In this document: one piece after another, positions 48,369-57,265 of the stretch
How positions within the stretch are numbered: the stretch's first letter is position 1
How the letters are laid out: the number at the start of each line of letters is the position of its first letter
From: Treponemataceae bacterium
GTDB taxonomy: Bacteria; Spirochaetota; Spirochaetia; Treponematales; Rectinemataceae
Direction of reading: 5' to 3'
NCBI GenBank assembly: GCA_963678065.2
Contig: CAXXVZ010000003.1
Coordinates: 1,440,001 to 1,504,000, forward strand
DNA length: 64,000 bases
Notes under the pieces: generated by a model
Database searches by the model: none
What the model saw: the letters and a program-made list of their open reading frames with translations, nothing else
Told to the model about the DNA's origin: nothing
Program-made: the position numbers and the translations under genes

Positions 48369-48494
48369 GATTGGAAAACCTCGGAAATCTGGGAATAGAT
48401 AAAGGATACTGAAAACGCGCACAATCGTAAAGACCGCGCAGGGGAAGCCAGGCGCGTGTCGCCGCGAAAAACCGAAAAATCCTCTTTCGCCCCA

Positions 48495-48522
48495 TTGACA
48501 AACGAAAGCAATATGCTAACAT
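48495..48522 (+). promoter_or_regulatory. Sigma70-type promoter, copy 1
   Basis: TTGACA-16 nt-TAACAT, positionally conserved in copy 2. Confidence 0.65.
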
Positions 48523-48529
48523 TAAACAC

Positions 48530-48748
48530 GTAAAGAAAGTTGGGTGTTTGAGAGATTTCATAAAGTTCTGCGGAATCAAAAAGTTGTCCGTTTCAGTCCG
48601 AATGTCTATCAACTGTTGTAGGATTTAATCATTGTCTGTTTCGTTTCATACTTTTTGCCCAGGCTTGTGATTTCTTTCAAATGCTCCAACTCTCGAAAAT
48701 CAGCCAGCACTCCTGAGTTGAGTGTCAGAAAAAAAGTAGGAGCACAGT
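48530..48748 (+). ncRNA. Putative structured 5' leader RNA, copy 1
   Basis: 48538-48584 pairs with 48650-48691 as an irregular helix with G·U pairs; small hairpin 48707-48725; both conserved in copy 2. Confidence 0.55.
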
Positions 48749-49243
48749 ATGAAAAAGTCAGAGCTCATCGCCGTCGTCTTCACCCTCGTCGCCGCCATCT
48801 CTTCCTTCGCAATCGTCGCCAATCCGACCGTCGCTTCGGTCAGCATCAGCGGCTCCGTCCTGCCGGTCCTGAGCGTCGCGGTCAGCAACTCCACCGTCAC
48901 CGTCGCATCGCTCTCGGATACAGGCGGGTCCATCGACCTCGGAAAAGCCACCTTCATCAGCAACTACAAGTCCTGGAAGGTCACCTTCTCCTCGGCCAAC
49001 GGTGGCAAGCTCAAGCACTCCGATTCCGCTGTTTCCGACGTCATTTACTACAACTTCACCGCGGGCAGCATGGTCTCGAATGTCTCTCTCTCGGGAGCGC
49101 AGACGGTCAACATGACTACGAAGACCGCCAAGGGAGGAGATGAGTACGCGATGGGCGTCGTTTATTCCGCCAACAACTCCGCCAACTACCTGACCTCCGG
49201 CGTCTACTCCGACACCATCACGATCACGGTCGCCTCGAACTGA
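48749..49243 (+). CDS. Secreted pilin/fimbrial-subunit-like protein, copy 1
   Basis: Signal peptide ending SFA, Ser/Thr-rich beta pattern, C-terminal GVYSDTITITV motif as in Csu/SCPU- and CS1-type subunits; SD AGGAG. Confidence 0.65.
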   Translation: MKKSELIAVVFTLVAAISSFAIVANPTVASVSISGSVLPVLSVAVSNSTVTVASLSDTGGSIDLGKATFISNYKSWKVTFSSANGGKLKHSDSAVSDVIYYNFTAGSMVSNVSLSGAQTVNMTTKTAKGGDEYAMGVVYSANNSANYLTSGVYSDTITITVASN

Positions 49244-49297
49244 TCCAGCGGACGGCCCGCCGGGCCGGACACCGGGGGCCGTTCCCGAAAAGGCGAA

Positions 49298-49885
49298 CTA
49301 TTCGCCCTTGACCGGAGGGAAACCCCTGCGGAATTTGCGGCGCATGACTATGGCATCGGAACAAGATCCCTCGGAACTAGGGAAGAAAGCCTTCATCGTG
49401 CCGGTCTCCGCGAAGCCTTCACTCAGGTACATGGATCGGGCCCGCACCCATCGGGTGTTGACGACGAGGAGTTCTTCGCGGATTTTCGGGACGGATTCCA
49501 TGATTTGCTCGCGGGCAGAGCGGAAAAGCGACTTCCCCGCACCGGTACCGCGGAGGGAAGGATGGATAGTGAGCGAGGCTGTGTAGAGGACGCTTCCTGA
49601 AGGATCGAAGCGCTCGCGGGCAGCATGTCCGAGACAGAAAGCCCGGGAGTAATCCGCTTTCGCGGGGATAGCCTGCCAAAGCTCGGAGCAATAATAGCCG
49701 AGAACTTCGCCGCGGCCTGAGGCTCTGAGCACGAGGAAGCCTTGCGGGAACACTTCGAGCCGTTCGCGGAACACCGACTCCGCTTCGACGATCGCGCTGT
49801 CGAATCCTGCACGTTCCAGTTCCATGATCGCGGGAAAATCGGCCGGAAGCGCATGATCCAGGAAAAGCCCCTCATGAAAATCCAT
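49298..49885 (-). CDS. GNAT-family acetyltransferase
   Basis: LTIHPSLRGTGAGKSL acetyl-CoA motif, A..MY...GF; start 7 nt after TTGAAA-17-CATGCT. Confidence 0.82.
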   Translation of the reverse strand: MDFHEGLFLDHALPADFPAIMELERAGFDSAIVEAESVFRERLEVFPQGFLVLRASGRGEVLGYYCSELWQAIPAKADYSRAFCLGHAARERFDPSGSVLYTASLTIHPSLRGTGAGKSLFRSAREQIMESVPKIREELLVVNTRWVRARSMYLSEGFAETGTMKAFFPSSEGSCSDAIVMRRKFRRGFPPVKGE

Positions 49886-49989
49886 AGAGGGGAGCATGCC
49901 GGTTTCGCCCATGATTTTCAAGCCGAAGCGCCGCAGAGCGGCGCGCATGCCGAATTCCGAAAGATTTTCATTTTTTTTGAATTCCGGTA

Positions 49990-50017
49990 TTGACAAAACT
50001 TGGCCATATACTAATAT
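49990..50017 (+). promoter_or_regulatory. Sigma70-type promoter, copy 2
   Basis: TTGACA-16 nt-TAATAT. Confidence 0.65.
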
Positions 50018-50024
50018 TAGTTTT

Positions 50025-50244
50025 GTAAAGAAAGTTAGAGGTTTGAGAGATTTTAGAAAGTTTTGCGGGAATCAAAAAGTTTTGTGTCATTCCGATTGTT
50101 TATCAACTGTTTCAAGATTTAATGATTGTAGGGCTTGTTGTATACTTTTTGACCCCGGCTTTTGATTTCTTTCAGATTCTCCAACTCTCAAAAATTTAAC
50201 CGGCACTCCGGAGTTGAGTGTCAAAAAAAAAGTAGGAGCGCAGT
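50025..50244 (+). ncRNA. Putative structured 5' leader RNA, copy 2
   Basis: 50033-50080 pairs with 50144-50186; small hairpin 50202-50222; A9 run before the SD. Confidence 0.55.
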
Positions 50245-50727
50245 ATGAAAAAGTCAGTCGTCATCGCCGTCGTGTTCGCCCTCGTCGCCGCCATCTCTTC
50301 CTTCGCCGCCACAACCGGATCTGTCGCAGTCAATGGGACCGTCCTGCCGGTCCTGAGCGTCGCTGTCAGCAATGCTTCGGTCACGGTAGCATCGCTCTCG
50401 GATACAGGCGGAACCGTCGACCTCGGAAAGGCCACCTTCATCAGCAACTACAAATCCTGGAAGGTCTCCTTCTCCTCGGCCAACGGTGGCAAGCTCAAGC
50501 ACTCCGATTCCGCTGTTTCCGATGTCATCAACTACACTTTTACCGCGGGCAGCCTGGCTTCGAATGCCTCTCTTTCGGGAGCCAAGGAAGTCAACCTGAC
50601 CACGAAGACCGCCAAAGCTGGCGATGACTACGCGATGAGCATCACGTATGGCGCCAACAACTCCACCAGCTATCTGACCTCCGGCGTCTACTCCGACACC
50701 ATCACGATCACTGTCGCCTCGAACTGA
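50245..50727 (+). CDS. Secreted pilin/fimbrial-subunit-like protein, copy 2
   Basis: Close paralog of 48749-49243 with the same C-terminal YLTSGVYSDTITITVASN. Confidence 0.65.
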   Translation: MKKSVVIAVVFALVAAISSFAATTGSVAVNGTVLPVLSVAVSNASVTVASLSDTGGTVDLGKATFISNYKSWKVSFSSANGGKLKHSDSAVSDVINYTFTAGSLASNASLSGAKEVNLTTKTAKAGDDYAMSITYGANNSTSYLTSGVYSDTITITVASN

Positions 50728-50763
50728 TGAGCTGATTCTCTGACGGCGTCATGGCCGAACACG

Positions 50764-50795
50764 AAGGGTCGTCCCGAAAGGGACGGCCCTTTTTT
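50764..50795 (+). terminator. Intrinsic terminator
   Basis: GGGTCGTCCC-GAAA-GGGACGGCCC followed by T6. Confidence 0.85.
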
Positions 50796-50797
50796 CA

Positions 50798-50850
50798 TTG
50801 ACGAAAGACAAGACAGGATAGATAATGAACAAATGAAAATATTGTTCATT
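50798..50850 (+). promoter_or_regulatory. Promoter and candidate TetR operator
   Basis: TTGACG-17 nt-GATAAT; perfect inverted repeat AATGAACAA-N9-TTGTTCATT (50824-50850) overlapping the -10 and +1. Confidence 0.7.
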
Positions 50851-50861
50851 GGTTCTGTTGC

Positions 50862-51455
50862 ATGAATCACGAGCGCAGGGCGGAGAGCCTGTATCCCGCC
50901 GCGTTGCGAATCTTCGCAGAATACGGATTCCGGAAAGCGACGCTGGAAGACATCGCGGCGGAACTCGGACTCGTCAAGAGCGCACTCTATGCCTACGCGA
51001 AGGACAAGCGGGATCTGTACCGGGCGACGGTCGCCTGGGGATTCGGGCGCTGGCAGGAGAAGGTGGCCCGCGCGGTCGCCGCGGAGTCAGGCCCCGTGGA
51101 AAAACTCTACGCGCTCACGCGGGGGGCTTACCGCTATCTCGATGAGGACCCGGCGCTGCGGCGGGTTCTCGAGCGGGACCCCGAGCTGCTCCCACTCTTC
51201 GACGCGGACGATCCCTTCGCCGCCATCAATCGCGAATCAGTGCGGATGATCCGCGAAATTCTCGACAGCGGCTGCGCGGCCGGAGTCTTCTTTCTCGCGG
51301 ATACGGCGATGGCGGCGCGCAGCATGTTCTCGATCTATGTCATGTTCATCCAGAAGACGTATGTGGCGCGCGAGGGGGAAGATATCGACGCCATGTTCGA
51401 GACGACGATAGAGCTGTTCATCCGGGGACTTGCAGCCCGACCCTCCGCTTCCTGA
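50862..51455 (+). CDS. TetR/AcrR-family regulator
   Basis: F.EYGF..ATLEDIA..LG..K.ALY.Y..DK..L HTH. Confidence 0.9.
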   Translation: MNHERRAESLYPAALRIFAEYGFRKATLEDIAAELGLVKSALYAYAKDKRDLYRATVAWGFGRWQEKVARAVAAESGPVEKLYALTRGAYRYLDEDPALRRVLERDPELLPLFDADDPFAAINRESVRMIREILDSGCAAGVFFLADTAMAARSMFSIYVMFIQKTYVAREGEDIDAMFETTIELFIRGLAARPSAS

Positions 51456-51536
51456 ACGGAAATGGAGGACCGCCCTCTTCTCCCCCACGCATACAGAAAC
51501 CGGATGCCGTCAGGGTATCCGATGCAGGAGGTCAGC

Positions 51537-51938
51537 ATGGAGAACGAAATGGTCTATCTGAGCCCGGAATGGCGCGACGAGGCGCTCGCGCGGCTCCAGG
51601 CGAACTTGAATCCGGAGAAGATGAACGGCATCACTACCTCGATGTCCAACATTTACATGAACTGCCCGGGCGGTTCGGAAAATTTCCTCTTCATCGAATG
51701 CACGGGTGGCAAGGTCTCGAGGGTCGAGACGGGTCCCGGACAGGCGCCGGAGGCCGAGTTCCGCATCATCGGCGACTACGAGACCTTCGCGAAAATCTCG
51801 CGGGCCGAACTCGGCTCGCAGAAGGCCCTCTTCACCGGCAAGTTGAAGCTCAAGGGCAATATGGCGAAGGCGCTGAAGCTGGCCTCTCTCGCGGACAGGA
51901 TCAACAAGGTCCTCTCGCAGATTCCGGCCCGGTACTGA
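51537..51938 (+). CDS. SCP2 sterol/lipid-binding domain protein
   Basis: YLSPEW, A.F.GKLKLKGNM.KA; SD GGAGG. Confidence 0.85.
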   Translation: MENEMVYLSPEWRDEALARLQANLNPEKMNGITTSMSNIYMNCPGGSENFLFIECTGGKVSRVETGPGQAPEAEFRIIGDYETFAKISRAELGSQKALFTGKLKLKGNMAKALKLASLADRINKVLSQIPARY

Positions 51939-51952
51939 AGGAGGAACCAGCG

Positions 51953-53176
51953 ATGGCACGAATACTCGATCCGAAAGACCCCTACTACATCGACAATCCA
52001 GGCCGCGTGGCGGCCATCCAGGCAGAGATGGCCAGGCGCGGAATCGACGTCTATCTCGCCTCGCGCATACGCACGATGAGCTTCGTCCTGGACGCATTCT
52101 GTCCCTGGCGAAGCTATCTCGTCATCCCCGCGGAAGGCATGCCCACCCTCTTCACCTTCGTCATAGACGCGCAGCGCATCGGCGACGAGACCTGGCTCGA
52201 CGAGGACCACGTCCGGGGCTACGGCCCCATGGGTGGCATGGACCAGATTTCGGCCGTCACGGACTTCATAGAGGAAGAGATCGGACTCGCGCGCGGTTTG
52301 ATCGCTTACGAGGACGGAGTATCGACCTACACGGCCGAAGGAAACCTGACACACTGGGAATTCACGGGGTTCGCCTCCGCCCTGCCGGGTTTCTCCTGGG
52401 TGAACGGGCACGAGATCGTCGACTCGCTCTCGATCATCAAGGATCAGGGCACGATCGCCCGCTTCCGCGAAGCCTCGAGGATCGTCGATGTCGGACAGGC
52501 CGCCGCCAGGGCGGCGCTCGAGAACGGAGGCTACAGGACCATCACCGAATCGGTGATCGCCGGCATCGCGGCCCTCGCGATGCGCCGGGTCGGCAGCGTT
52601 TCGGAGTGGAACTTCGCGGGACTCAACGAAATATCCTCCGGCTACCGGACTGGACTCGGGGCCTGCACGCCGCCGACGAACCGCCTCATCCGCTCAGGCG
52701 AGCCGCTCATGCTGGATTTCCACTCGATGTTCAGGCTGGCTCTCGGGGACCACTCGCACAACTACCTCATCGCCCCGGCGACGGCCAGACAGCGCTGGCA
52801 CGCGGACAACTTCGTCGAGCTCGTGGCGGCGGTGCTCGCGAACTACCGCGCGGGCGCAAGCCCTTCCTCGCTCGCGGCCGTCATGATGGACAGGGCCGAG
52901 GAGCTTGGCTGCGCCGACTTCATCCTGCCAGGCTGCGAGCACGGGATCGGGCTCTTCGGCGACGAGTGGAGGATAGGCGGCACGAACGACGGCCCCCTGC
53001 CCTTCTGGACCGACCCCGACCATGTCTACCGCGAGAACGAGATGGTCATCTGCGCGATGCAGTACGCCTGCCCGGGCGAGGCGATCGGGTTCCGCTACGA
53101 GAACCCCGTCCTCATCCTGAAAGACGGCTGCGAGTACATGTCGAAGTATCCTCTCGCCATAGAGGAGATCGGCTGA
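51953..53176 (+). CDS. M24-fold (Xaa-Pro peptidase/creatinase-like) hydrolase with atypical active site
   Basis: IKD...I..FREA, ITE..IA, HGIGL, GFRYEN.V.I...G.E. Confidence 0.8.
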   Translation: MARILDPKDPYYIDNPGRVAAIQAEMARRGIDVYLASRIRTMSFVLDAFCPWRSYLVIPAEGMPTLFTFVIDAQRIGDETWLDEDHVRGYGPMGGMDQISAVTDFIEEEIGLARGLIAYEDGVSTYTAEGNLTHWEFTGFASALPGFSWVNGHEIVDSLSIIKDQGTIARFREASRIVDVGQAAARAALENGGYRTITESVIAGIAALAMRRVGSVSEWNFAGLNEISSGYRTGLGACTPPTNRLIRSGEPLMLDFHSMFRLALGDHSHNYLIAPATARQRWHADNFVELVAAVLANYRAGASPSSLAAVMMDRAEELGCADFILPGCEHGIGLFGDEWRIGGTNDGPLPFWTDPDHVYRENEMVICAMQYACPGEAIGFRYENPVLILKDGCEYMSKYPLAIEEIG

Positions 53177-53193
53177 AGTTCCGCGCCGTGGCC

Positions 53194-53229
53194 GCAGGAC
53201 GCGGGCTCGGGAAAGGGTTCGCGTCTTGC
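53194..53229. terminator. Hairpin between convergent genes
   Basis: GCAGGACGCGGGCTC/GGGTTCGCGTCTTGC 15-bp stem with G·U pairs; no U-tract. Confidence 0.4.
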
Positions 53230-53258
53230 AGCGGATTTCGGCCGCACCGTGGCCGATC

Positions 53259-54491
53259 TCAGGCTATGACGCCCAGCTTCTTCCCCACCTTCGTGAAGGC
53301 CGCGACAGCGGCGTCGATCTGGGTGGAGTCGTGGGCGGCGGAGATCTGGACGCGGATGCGCGCCTTGCCGCGGGGCACGACGGGGAAGCTGAAGCCGATC
53401 ACGTAGATGCCCTCGCCGAGGAGCTCGTCCGCCATGCGGTGGGCGAGCTTTTCGTCGTAGAGCATGACGGGGCAGATGGGGTGGACGCCGGGTCGCAAGT
53501 CGAAGCCGGCAGCGGTCATGGCAGAGCGGAAGCGCGCAGTGTTCGCCTCGAGGCGGTCGCGGAGTTCGGTCGACTCGGTGAGGATCGAAAGGCACTTGAT
53601 GGTGCCGGCGACGATGGAGGGCGCAAGGGTGTTGGAGAAGAGATAGGGTCTGGCCTTCTGGCGGAGGTACTCGACGATCTCGGCCCGGGCCGCCACGCAG
53701 CCGCCCGACGCGCCGCCCAGAGCCTTGCCGAAGGTGGTCGTGATGATGTCGACGCGGCCGGCGACGCCGCAGTGCTCCGGGGTACCGCGCCCCGTCCTTC
53801 CCATGAAGCCGGTCGCGTGGGAATCGTCGACCATGACGAGGGCGCCGTATTTTTCCGCGAGATCGCAGATCTCGGAGAGCTTGGCGATGTCGCCATCCAT
53901 GGAGAAGACGCCGTCCGTGGCTATCATGCACAGGCGACAGCCAGCGGCCTCCTTCAGGCAGCGCTCGAGGCCCTTGGCGGGCTTGCCCGTGTCGGGGTCG
54001 ATCTCGTCGACGTCACGCATGTCGGCGTGCTTGTAGATCCAGCGCTGCGCCTTGCACAGGCGGATGCCGTCGATAATGGACGCGTGGTTGAGGCTGTCGG
54101 TGATGATGGCGCAGTCTTCGTCCAGCAGGGGCTCGAAGACAGCTCCGTTCGCGTCGAAGCAGGACGAAAACAGAATGCTGTCCTCGGTGCCGAGGAAGTC
54201 GGCCATCTGTTTTTCGAGGAGCTTGTGCTGGCTCTGTGTGCCGCAGATGAAACGCACGCTGGCGAGGCCGTAGCCGAAATCGTTGAGGCCGAGAGCGGCG
54301 GCGGCGCGGATGCGGCCGTCGTTGGCGAGCCCAAGGTAATTGTTGGCGCAGAAATTGAGGACTGGCTTCCCGTCAGCGACGCGGATGAGGGCACTCTGGG
54401 GCGTCGCGAGGACGCGCTCATGTTTGTAGAGCCCCTCGTTTTCGATTTTTTCAAGTTTGGCGGCAAGTTCCGCCTGAAGCGAGCCGTACAT
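53259..54491 (-). CDS. kbl: Glycine C-acetyltransferase (2-amino-3-ketobutyrate CoA ligase)
   Basis: [63 protein letters not shown]. Confidence 0.95.
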   Translation of the reverse strand: MYGSLQAELAAKLEKIENEGLYKHERVLATPQSALIRVADGKPVLNFCANNYLGLANDGRIRAAAALGLNDFGYGLASVRFICGTQSQHKLLEKQMADFLGTEDSILFSSCFDANGAVFEPLLDEDCAIITDSLNHASIIDGIRLCKAQRWIYKHADMRDVDEIDPDTGKPAKGLERCLKEAAGCRLCMIATDGVFSMDGDIAKLSEICDLAEKYGALVMVDDSHATGFMGRTGRGTPEHCGVAGRVDIITTTFGKALGGASGGCVAARAEIVEYLRQKARPYLFSNTLAPSIVAGTIKCLSILTESTELRDRLEANTARFRSAMTAAGFDLRPGVHPICPVMLYDEKLAHRMADELLGEGIYVIGFSFPVVPRGKARIRVQISAAHDSTQIDAAVAAFTKVGKKLGVIA

Positions 54492-54511
54492 GATTTTCTC
54501 CTTGACTTCTG

Positions 54512-55084
54512 TCAGTTTTGCCGGAGCTGTTTTCGCGGTCGGAGGAACCCGAAGAAGCTGCCCGTGAGTCCCCCGAGAATGTGGGCGAACTGGGAGATGT
54601 TGTCTTTTTGGGCTATCGCGTTCCAGACTTCCCTGCCGAGGAAGAGCACCATCACGAGAATGAAGGTTATGGGCACCTCGCCTTTCTGGAAGTTGGTGAA
54701 GGATGCGAGGAGGATCATCATGAAGACGATGCCGGATGCTCCCATGAGGATTGTCGTGGGGAATACGAGGACGTTGATGAGCCCCGTCACGAGGGCGGTG
54801 ACGACCATCATGACGATGAGGGTGAGAGAGCCGTAGGTCATCTCGAGGATGGGGCCGAGGAGGAGGATGAAGGTGAAGTTGGATATGAAGTGCTCGACGC
54901 TCGCGTGTCCGAGGACGTGGCTGAAGAGCTTGATGTAGTCGGAGACCGCGTTGACGCGGAAAGGTGCGGGGGTGGAAAACCAGGACTGGTTGATGCTTGG
55001 CAGGATGGTCAGGTTGAGGGCGAGAACGATCGCGGCGAGCAGGGTGAATGTCAGGGTCGCGGGCGCGTTGTAGCGAAGTTTCAT
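54512..55084 (-). CDS. Rhomboid-family intramembrane protease
   Basis: H....H...N, GASG serine motif, AHILGG histidine; highly hydrophobic. Confidence 0.88.
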   Translation of the reverse strand: MKLRYNAPATLTFTLLAAIVLALNLTILPSINQSWFSTPAPFRVNAVSDYIKLFSHVLGHASVEHFISNFTFILLLGPILEMTYGSLTLIVMMVVTALVTGLINVLVFPTTILMGASGIVFMMILLASFTNFQKGEVPITFILVMVLFLGREVWNAIAQKDNISQFAHILGGLTGSFFGFLRPRKQLRQN

Positions 55085-55107
55085 GTCTATCCTCCGGAAA
55101 CTCAGGA

Positions 55108-55896
55108 TCAGGGAGTGAAATCGAGGTCGATCGAAACGGGGCAGTGGTCGGAGCCGAGGACCTCAGGATGGATGGCGGCCCCAAGCATGCCGGGGATGAA
55201 TCCTTCGTCGATGCAGTGGTAGTCGAGGCGCCATCCGACGTTGCGCTCCCGCGCCCCGGGAACCCGGTACGTCCACCATGTGTAGTTTTTGCCTTCTTTG
55301 TTGAAGTGGCGGAAGCTGTCCGCGTAGCCACAGGCGGTGAATTTGTCCATCCAGGCGCGCTCTTCGGGCAGGTAGCCGGGGTTCCCCTCGTTGGCTTTGG
55401 GGTTGGCGAGGTCGATCGGGGTGTGGGCGATGTTGTAGTCGCCGCCGACGACGACATGCCTGCCTGCCTTCACCCTCTCGTCGCACCAGGCGAGGACAGA
55501 GTCACAGAAGCGGATCTTGTAGTCGATCCGCGCGCCGGCCTCCTGACTGTTCGGAAAGTAGGCTGAGGCGAGGATGAAATCCCCGAAGTCGGCGGCGAGG
55601 AAGCGGCCCTCGTCGTCGAACTCGGGAATGCCGAGGAGGGAGAGCGAGCGGGGCTCACGTCTGGAATAGATGGCGACGCCGGAGTATCCGCGCTTCTTCG
55701 CGTCGGACCAGTAGGAATTGTACGGCTTGCCCGAGGAATCCGGAGGAGCGCAGAACTCCTTCCCGAGTTGCTCTTTCTGAGCCTTGGTCTCCTGGAGGCA
55801 GAGCATGTCCGGGCTGGCCGAGGCGAGCCACTGAAAGAGGCCTTTCTGGGAGCAGGAGCGTATCCCGTTCACGTTCCATGAAACCACTCTGGTCAT
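55108..55896 (-). CDS. xth: Exodeoxyribonuclease III (AP endonuclease)
   Basis: [37 protein letters not shown]. Confidence 0.95.
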   Translation of the reverse strand: MTRVVSWNVNGIRSCSQKGLFQWLASASPDMLCLQETKAQKEQLGKEFCAPPDSSGKPYNSYWSDAKKRGYSGVAIYSRREPRSLSLLGIPEFDDEGRFLAADFGDFILASAYFPNSQEAGARIDYKIRFCDSVLAWCDERVKAGRHVVVGGDYNIAHTPIDLANPKANEGNPGYLPEERAWMDKFTACGYADSFRHFNKEGKNYTWWTYRVPGARERNVGWRLDYHCIDEGFIPGMLGAAIHPEVLGSDHCPVSIDLDFTP

Positions 55897-55917
55897 GTGC
55901 ACTCCTTGGGGGACAGG

Positions 55918-57114
55918 CTACAGCGTATCGCGCCCGCGGGAAAAAAACGCGTCGTAGGCGAGATCGCAGGCCGCTTTGCAGGCGACGAGGGGATCGTAGG
56001 CGGCCCCGAGTATGCGGGCAGTCTTCGGGCCGAAACGTTCGTCGTCGCGGGTGAAATCGGAAGAGGCGGCCGCCGCGAGCCTGTCGGAGAGGGCCGCCGA
56101 ACGTGTCACGAAGATGATTATTTCAGGAGCGAGGAGGCGTCGGATGTCGCGGACAGCCTGGGCCGCCACCGCGAACAGGGGTTCGAGAGCCCGCTCGACA
56201 TGCTCGTCGCCCGAGCGTAGGAGGCGTTCGAGTGTGGCGAGGTCGGGGCAATCCGCGACCGAGGCGAGCGCCTTGAAGACGCTGTCTTCCGAGAGGTAGT
56301 TCTCCAGGCAGCCGCGATTGCCGCAGGAACACAGAGGCCCCAGGGTGTCCATGGACAGGTGGCCGACCTCGAAGGCCGTCCTTCCGCGGTCCGAAACGGG
56401 CTGGCCGTTCTGGAGGTAGGCGCCGCCGACGCCGGCGCGCACGAGGAAGGCGAAGACAGACTCGCCTCCTCTGGCGGCCCCGTAGCGCTGTTCGGCTATC
56501 GCGACAACCGTGGCGTTGTTGTTGACGTTCACGGGGACTCCGAAGGCTTTTTCGAGCCTCTCCCCGAGAGGGAAGTTGGTCATGCCGGGAATGCGCGAGT
56601 AGTAGTGGACGACTCCCGTGTCGACGCTGACGGAGCCCGGGGCTCCCACTCCGATGCCGATAACCCGGGACATATCGAGCTTCGCCTCGGCGAGAGCCTG
56701 GGCAATGAGTCCCCGGACGGTGTCCAGGGCGGATTCGGCGTCGGGAGGATCCTCGAAGGGGACCACGCGGGAAAAGACGACTTTCGCGGAGAAATCCTGG
56801 ATGATGACGGCGGCCGAGCTGATCCAGAAATCGACGCCGACAGTGTAGGCGGCATCCGGCACGACGCGGTAGTCGAGAGGCCTTCGCCCCTTCCGGTCCG
56901 AGGTCTCGCGCTTGTGCCCTGTGTCGGCGGCGATCAGGCCCGAGCGCTCAAGTTCCGCGAAGATGCGGAAAACGGTGGGGGGTTTCAGGCCGGTCAGAAG
57001 GGCAGCGCGGCTCTGGGACAGAGGCCCGTTCCTGAAAATCAGTCTGAGGACAAGCTGCTCGTTTCGTTCTCGTATCGATGCGGCGCGCATGGCGCCGGGC
57101 TCTTCGCCTGTCAC
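55918..57114 (-). CDS. ROK-family transcriptional regulator
   Basis: N-terminal wHTH, GIGVGAPG, EVGH, CSCGNRGCLE; AGGAG before a GTG start. Confidence 0.9.
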   Translation of the reverse strand: MTGEEPGAMRAASIRERNEQLVLRLIFRNGPLSQSRAALLTGLKPPTVFRIFAELERSGLIAADTGHKRETSDRKGRRPLDYRVVPDAAYTVGVDFWISSAAVIIQDFSAKVVFSRVVPFEDPPDAESALDTVRGLIAQALAEAKLDMSRVIGIGVGAPGSVSVDTGVVHYYSRIPGMTNFPLGERLEKAFGVPVNVNNNATVVAIAEQRYGAARGGESVFAFLVRAGVGGAYLQNGQPVSDRGRTAFEVGHLSMDTLGPLCSCGNRGCLENYLSEDSVFKALASVADCPDLATLERLLRSGDEHVERALEPLFAVAAQAVRDIRRLLAPEIIIFVTRSAALSDRLAAAASSDFTRDDERFGPKTARILGAAYDPLVACKAACDLAYDAFFSRGRDTL

Positions 57115-57265
57115 GATGTCTCCTGTACCGAATGTTGGCTCATAAAGACTATATCCTACATGGCAGGCCTAGACAACCTGAATGTCGTTTCGTCAGGTTT
57201 CTCCGGCCTCCGGGAATCCGGGTGCCAGGGAAACCTGGCGATGTGCGCCTTTCCCGGAGGAGAGC

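Noticed and set aside
48538..48691. Invertible DNA switch bounded by inverted repeats
   Set aside because: The arms match only with many G·U pairs and bulges, the promoter lies outside them, and no recombinase is nearby.
53259..55457. 732-aa ORF suggesting a Kbl fusion
   Set aside because: The N-terminal 322 aa are an off-frame read through xth and the rhomboid gene; Kbl starts at 54491 after an AAGGAG SD.
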